Positions 61,601 to 64,000 of a stretch of DNA of 64,000 nt are shown here, in pieces. The notes beneath the pieces were generated by a model. The model ran no database searches. It saw only the letters and a program-made list of their open reading frames with translations, and was not told the origin of the DNA. A program made the position numbers and the translations under genes. The first letter of the stretch is position 1. The number at the start of each line of letters is the position of its first letter. This stretch comes from Podarcis muralis. Its lineage: Eukaryota. The stretch covers positions 22,010,001-22,074,000 of the forward strand of contig NC_135667.1 of NCBI RefSeq assembly GCF_964188315.1, given 5' to 3'.

Positions 61601-62454
61601 TCTGACAATAATGAGCCTATTACCTGCCACAAGTGATACTTCTGTCCTCTTCTGTCCTCCATTGCTTGTAAGGACATATCTTGCAAAGCATAGACTACAG
61701 CATATAGAGCATTGTAGATGCTGTAGCTGTGGCCATTCATGCCCATCTCAAAGAATGGTGCTGGAAGACTCTCCAGTTTCTCCTCCCCGGTGCATATATT
61801 CCCCTCCACATTTTCCACATCTGGATTTGGGAATACACAGCCAAAGGCTTGTTGCCAGAAGTCCCTGATAAAACCGTCTTCTTTTGTTCTGAAAGGATTT
61901 TGACTCTTAATAAATTGTTTGAAATTTGGTACATCATTAGAGTGAATTGTGAAGGAAAGGACACCATGGAATATTTCGGTTTCCCAGTCCCTTTGATAAA
62001 ATTGTGAAGTGAGTTCCATTTGGGCTGTTGTTATCCACACTATACTTTTGGGTAGCTTTGGTGGATATTCTGCAAAATATGGAATCCATCTTAAAAACAC
62101 CATGGAATTCGATTCACCATAAAACACAACTACATTGGTTGTACTGCTCATTACTGCATTATGTATTTCTGACCCATCTTCTAGCATTTTGTTCAGTTTA
62201 GAGACAGATCTTATCAAAGGGACTCTTTTTATGAAGTTAAAACAGACACCTCTCTGGGAAAACATTGGCAAAACAGTTTGTAACAATCTTTCACCACTAT
62301 CATTATCTATTACAAGGATGCCAATCCATATCCATCTGAAATGAAGAAGCAAAGAGAGAATCCCTTTGTACTGAAGGGCTTCATGGGGTACCATCTGGTA
62401 GAAAGAAAGTCCGAGGTTTCTATCGTTCATCAATGGGACAGAGCCATATATGAG
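57772..62454 (-). CDS. Vmn2r: V2R gene 6, exons 3-6 (divergent ectodomain; exons 1-2 presumably beyond 64000)
   Basis: Exons 62454-61624, 60545-60330, 59635-59509 and X-type exon 58673-57772 are frame-compatible; whether exon 5 splices to the X exon is unproven (see findings). Confidence 0.8.
58911..59028 (-). pseudogene. Truncated stub of a third (Z-type) V2R exon 6
   Basis: C-run acceptor ...cccgcccag|AC ATG AAT GTC TGT AAA AAT TGC CCA GAA GAA GGC TAA ([12 protein letters not shown]), then decayed [13 protein letters not shown]-like sequence fused to X-type intron 5. Confidence 0.85.
59161..59410 (+). mobile_element. 3' fragment of an RTE-clade LINE (not BovB), gene 6 intron 5
   Basis: Encodes [23 protein letters not shown], the RTE C-terminal CCHC-type motif, followed by attgtctcccaagacaga 3' UTR-like sequence. 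Confidence 0.7.
59509..59635 (-). CDS. Vmn2r: V2R gene 6 exon 5
   Basis: [42 protein letters not shown]; 127 nt. Confidence 0.9.
59930..60171. mobile_element. Tc1/mariner (Tigger-like) MITE
   Basis: TIR cagtggtacctcgggtta / taacctgaggtaccactg, TA target duplication, 242 bp. Confidence 0.9.
60330..60545 (-). CDS. Vmn2r: V2R gene 6 exon 4
   Basis: [15 protein letters not shown]...; 216 nt; acceptor ends GAG. Confidence 0.87.
61624..62454 (-). CDS. Vmn2r: V2R gene 6 exon 3
   Basis: [13 protein letters not shown]...KYHLWQ; 831 nt, open. Confidence 0.92.
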
Positions 62455-62876
62455 CTGGAGAGAGATTGGGGGAGAAGAAAAAAGATAGTAAAAATAGAAT
62501 GTATGGTGCATCTTAAAGGTTTCCAAACAATTAAGGTAGGTTAGAATCTAGTGTTGTTCCCCTTTTGGAATCTAGTACTGTTCCCTTTTTCTGTCAGCAA
62601 AACGAGGAATCAATTTTGGCTATTTCCCTCCTCCCTCCCCCAAGCAACCACCACTCCTTAATTCTTTTTTGAGAGCATTGAGTAATGTTCCAGAGAAGGA
62701 ATCTGTGGTGTGTGGGGGCAAGAGGAATAGCCAAAAATGGACCCTCCTCTTGCTACAGGGGGCAAGAGGAATAGCCAAAAATGGACCCTCTGCATGTTCC
62801 ACTGATGTATGCTTTTTGTTAATACAGGGTGGTACAATTGGAACTCCTATAATCACATTAGCAAGCTTTACAAGTA

Positions 62877-63124
62877 CAGTGGTACCTCAGGTTAAGTACT
62901 TAATTCATTCTGGAGGTCCGTACTTAACCTGAAACTGTTCTTAACCTGAAGCACCGCTTTAGCTAATGGGGTCTCCTGTTGCTGCTGCTGCCGCGCCGCC
63001 GGAGCACGATTTCTGTTCTCATCCTGAAGCAAAGTTCTTAACCTGAAGCACTATTTCTGGGTTAGCGGAGTCTGTAACCTGAAGCGTATGTAACCTGAAG
63101 CGTATGTAACCCGAGGTACCACTG
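62877..63124. mobile_element. Same MITE family, opposite orientation
   Basis: TIR cagtggtacctcaggtta / taacccgaggtaccactg, TA TSD. Confidence 0.9.
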
Positions 63125-63230
63125 TAGAACGTAGGAGGACTTTTATTATTCTCATTCTCCAGATAGGGAGTGGTGACTGAAAGTGAATAGATTGAATTAA
63201 GGACATTGAGTGTACTAGGTACTTCATGTA

Positions 63231-63472
63231 CAGTGATGCCTTGATTGTCAAACTTAACCCATTCCAGGAGTCCGTTCGACCCTGGAGCTGTTCAAAAACC
63301 AAGGCGTGGCTTCCGATTGGCTGCAGGAGCTTCCTGCGCTCAATCAGAAGCCACATTGGATGTTCGGCTTCCAAAAAGACGTTCGCAAGCCAGAAAACTT
63401 ACTTCTTGGTTTGCGGAATTCGGGAGCCAATTTGTTCGGGAGCCAAGCCATTCGAAAGCCAAGGTACCGCTG
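63231..63472. mobile_element. Second Tigger-like MITE family, decayed TIRs
   Basis: TA-cagtgatgccttg ... caaggtaccgctg-TA; different interior. Confidence 0.75.
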
Positions 63473-63636
63473 TACTGTTATTATTTTTCATTCTTCAATT
63501 GCTAAATCACACCTTTCTGAGAGCAAGGTTTTCAAAATAATTTGCAGTAATGACTTTGTATTTGGGAGCTAACTTCTGTCAAAGGTTTTGTACAGTCTAC
63601 ATGAGAAATCATAACTCCAGCTATTTTGGAATTTAA

Positions 63637-63780
63637 GTAGCTGCCTCATACCAACTCAGACCATCTGCCCATCTATCTCCAGGACAGCAGTGGCTCTGCA
63701 GAATTTCAGACAGTCCTACTAGGAAATGCTGGGGATTGAACTTGGAGTCTTCTTCATGCAAAGTGGATGCTCTACCACTC
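63637..63780 (-). mobile_element. Decayed tRNA-derived SINE (Squam2-like)
   Basis: Minus strand agtggtagagcat...ttgcatg..aagttcaatcccc head and ggtctgagttggtatgaggcagc 3' part. Confidence 0.6.
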
Positions 63781-64000
63781 ACCGACAGCAATTCTCTTGC
63801 CAAAAAAAAAAAAAAAATTCATAGAAGAGTTTGTAAAAAATAATCATAATCAGGACAGTGAAGGTTCTTGATGTTTTACTATAATTCCTATATTCTGTAT
63901 TTCTACATAACATGCTATAGGTGCACAAAAGAATTATCCCAGGTTTCAGGAGAGGCCAATCTTCCTCTTGCCCATATCTGGGTGTACACATGCAATATCC

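Noticed and set aside
63051-63572. Cluster of overlapping 86-107 aa ORFs
   Set aside because: Derived from two adjacent MITEs with no transposase similarity.
1-64000. CRISPR arrays, operons or other prokaryotic systems
   Set aside because: Sequence is intron-containing vertebrate DNA; repeats are segmental duplicates and TEs, not repeat-spacer arrays.

Overview
Eukaryotic genomic DNA from a squamate reptile, probably a lacertid lizard (inferred from the Sauria/Squam SINEs, RTE-BovB and CAGTGGTACCT-ended MITEs). The window is a head-to-tail tandem array, period about 11-12.5 kb, of six vomeronasal type-2 receptor (V2R, class C GPCR) genes, all on the minus strand. Gene 1 lacks exon 6 (off the left edge). 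Genes 2-5 are complete 6-exon genes with GT-AG sites and continuous frames (869 aa). Gene 6 lacks exons 1-2 (presumably off the right edge). Introns carry three BovB LINEs, two L2 fragments, an RTE fragment, Sauria and tRNA-derived SINEs, solo-LTR-like elements and Tc1/mariner MITEs. The most unusual signal is modular shuffling of the receptors. Near-identical ectodomains are joined to two distinct 7TM exon types (Y in genes 2-3, X in genes 4-6). An orphan X exon lies behind gene 3. The divergent gene 6 keeps only a stop-containing stub of its own 7TM exon in front of an intact X exon. Several recombination junctions can be placed almost to the base. No prokaryotic-type system (CRISPR etc.) is present. 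All alignments were made by eye, and identity figures are hand counts.
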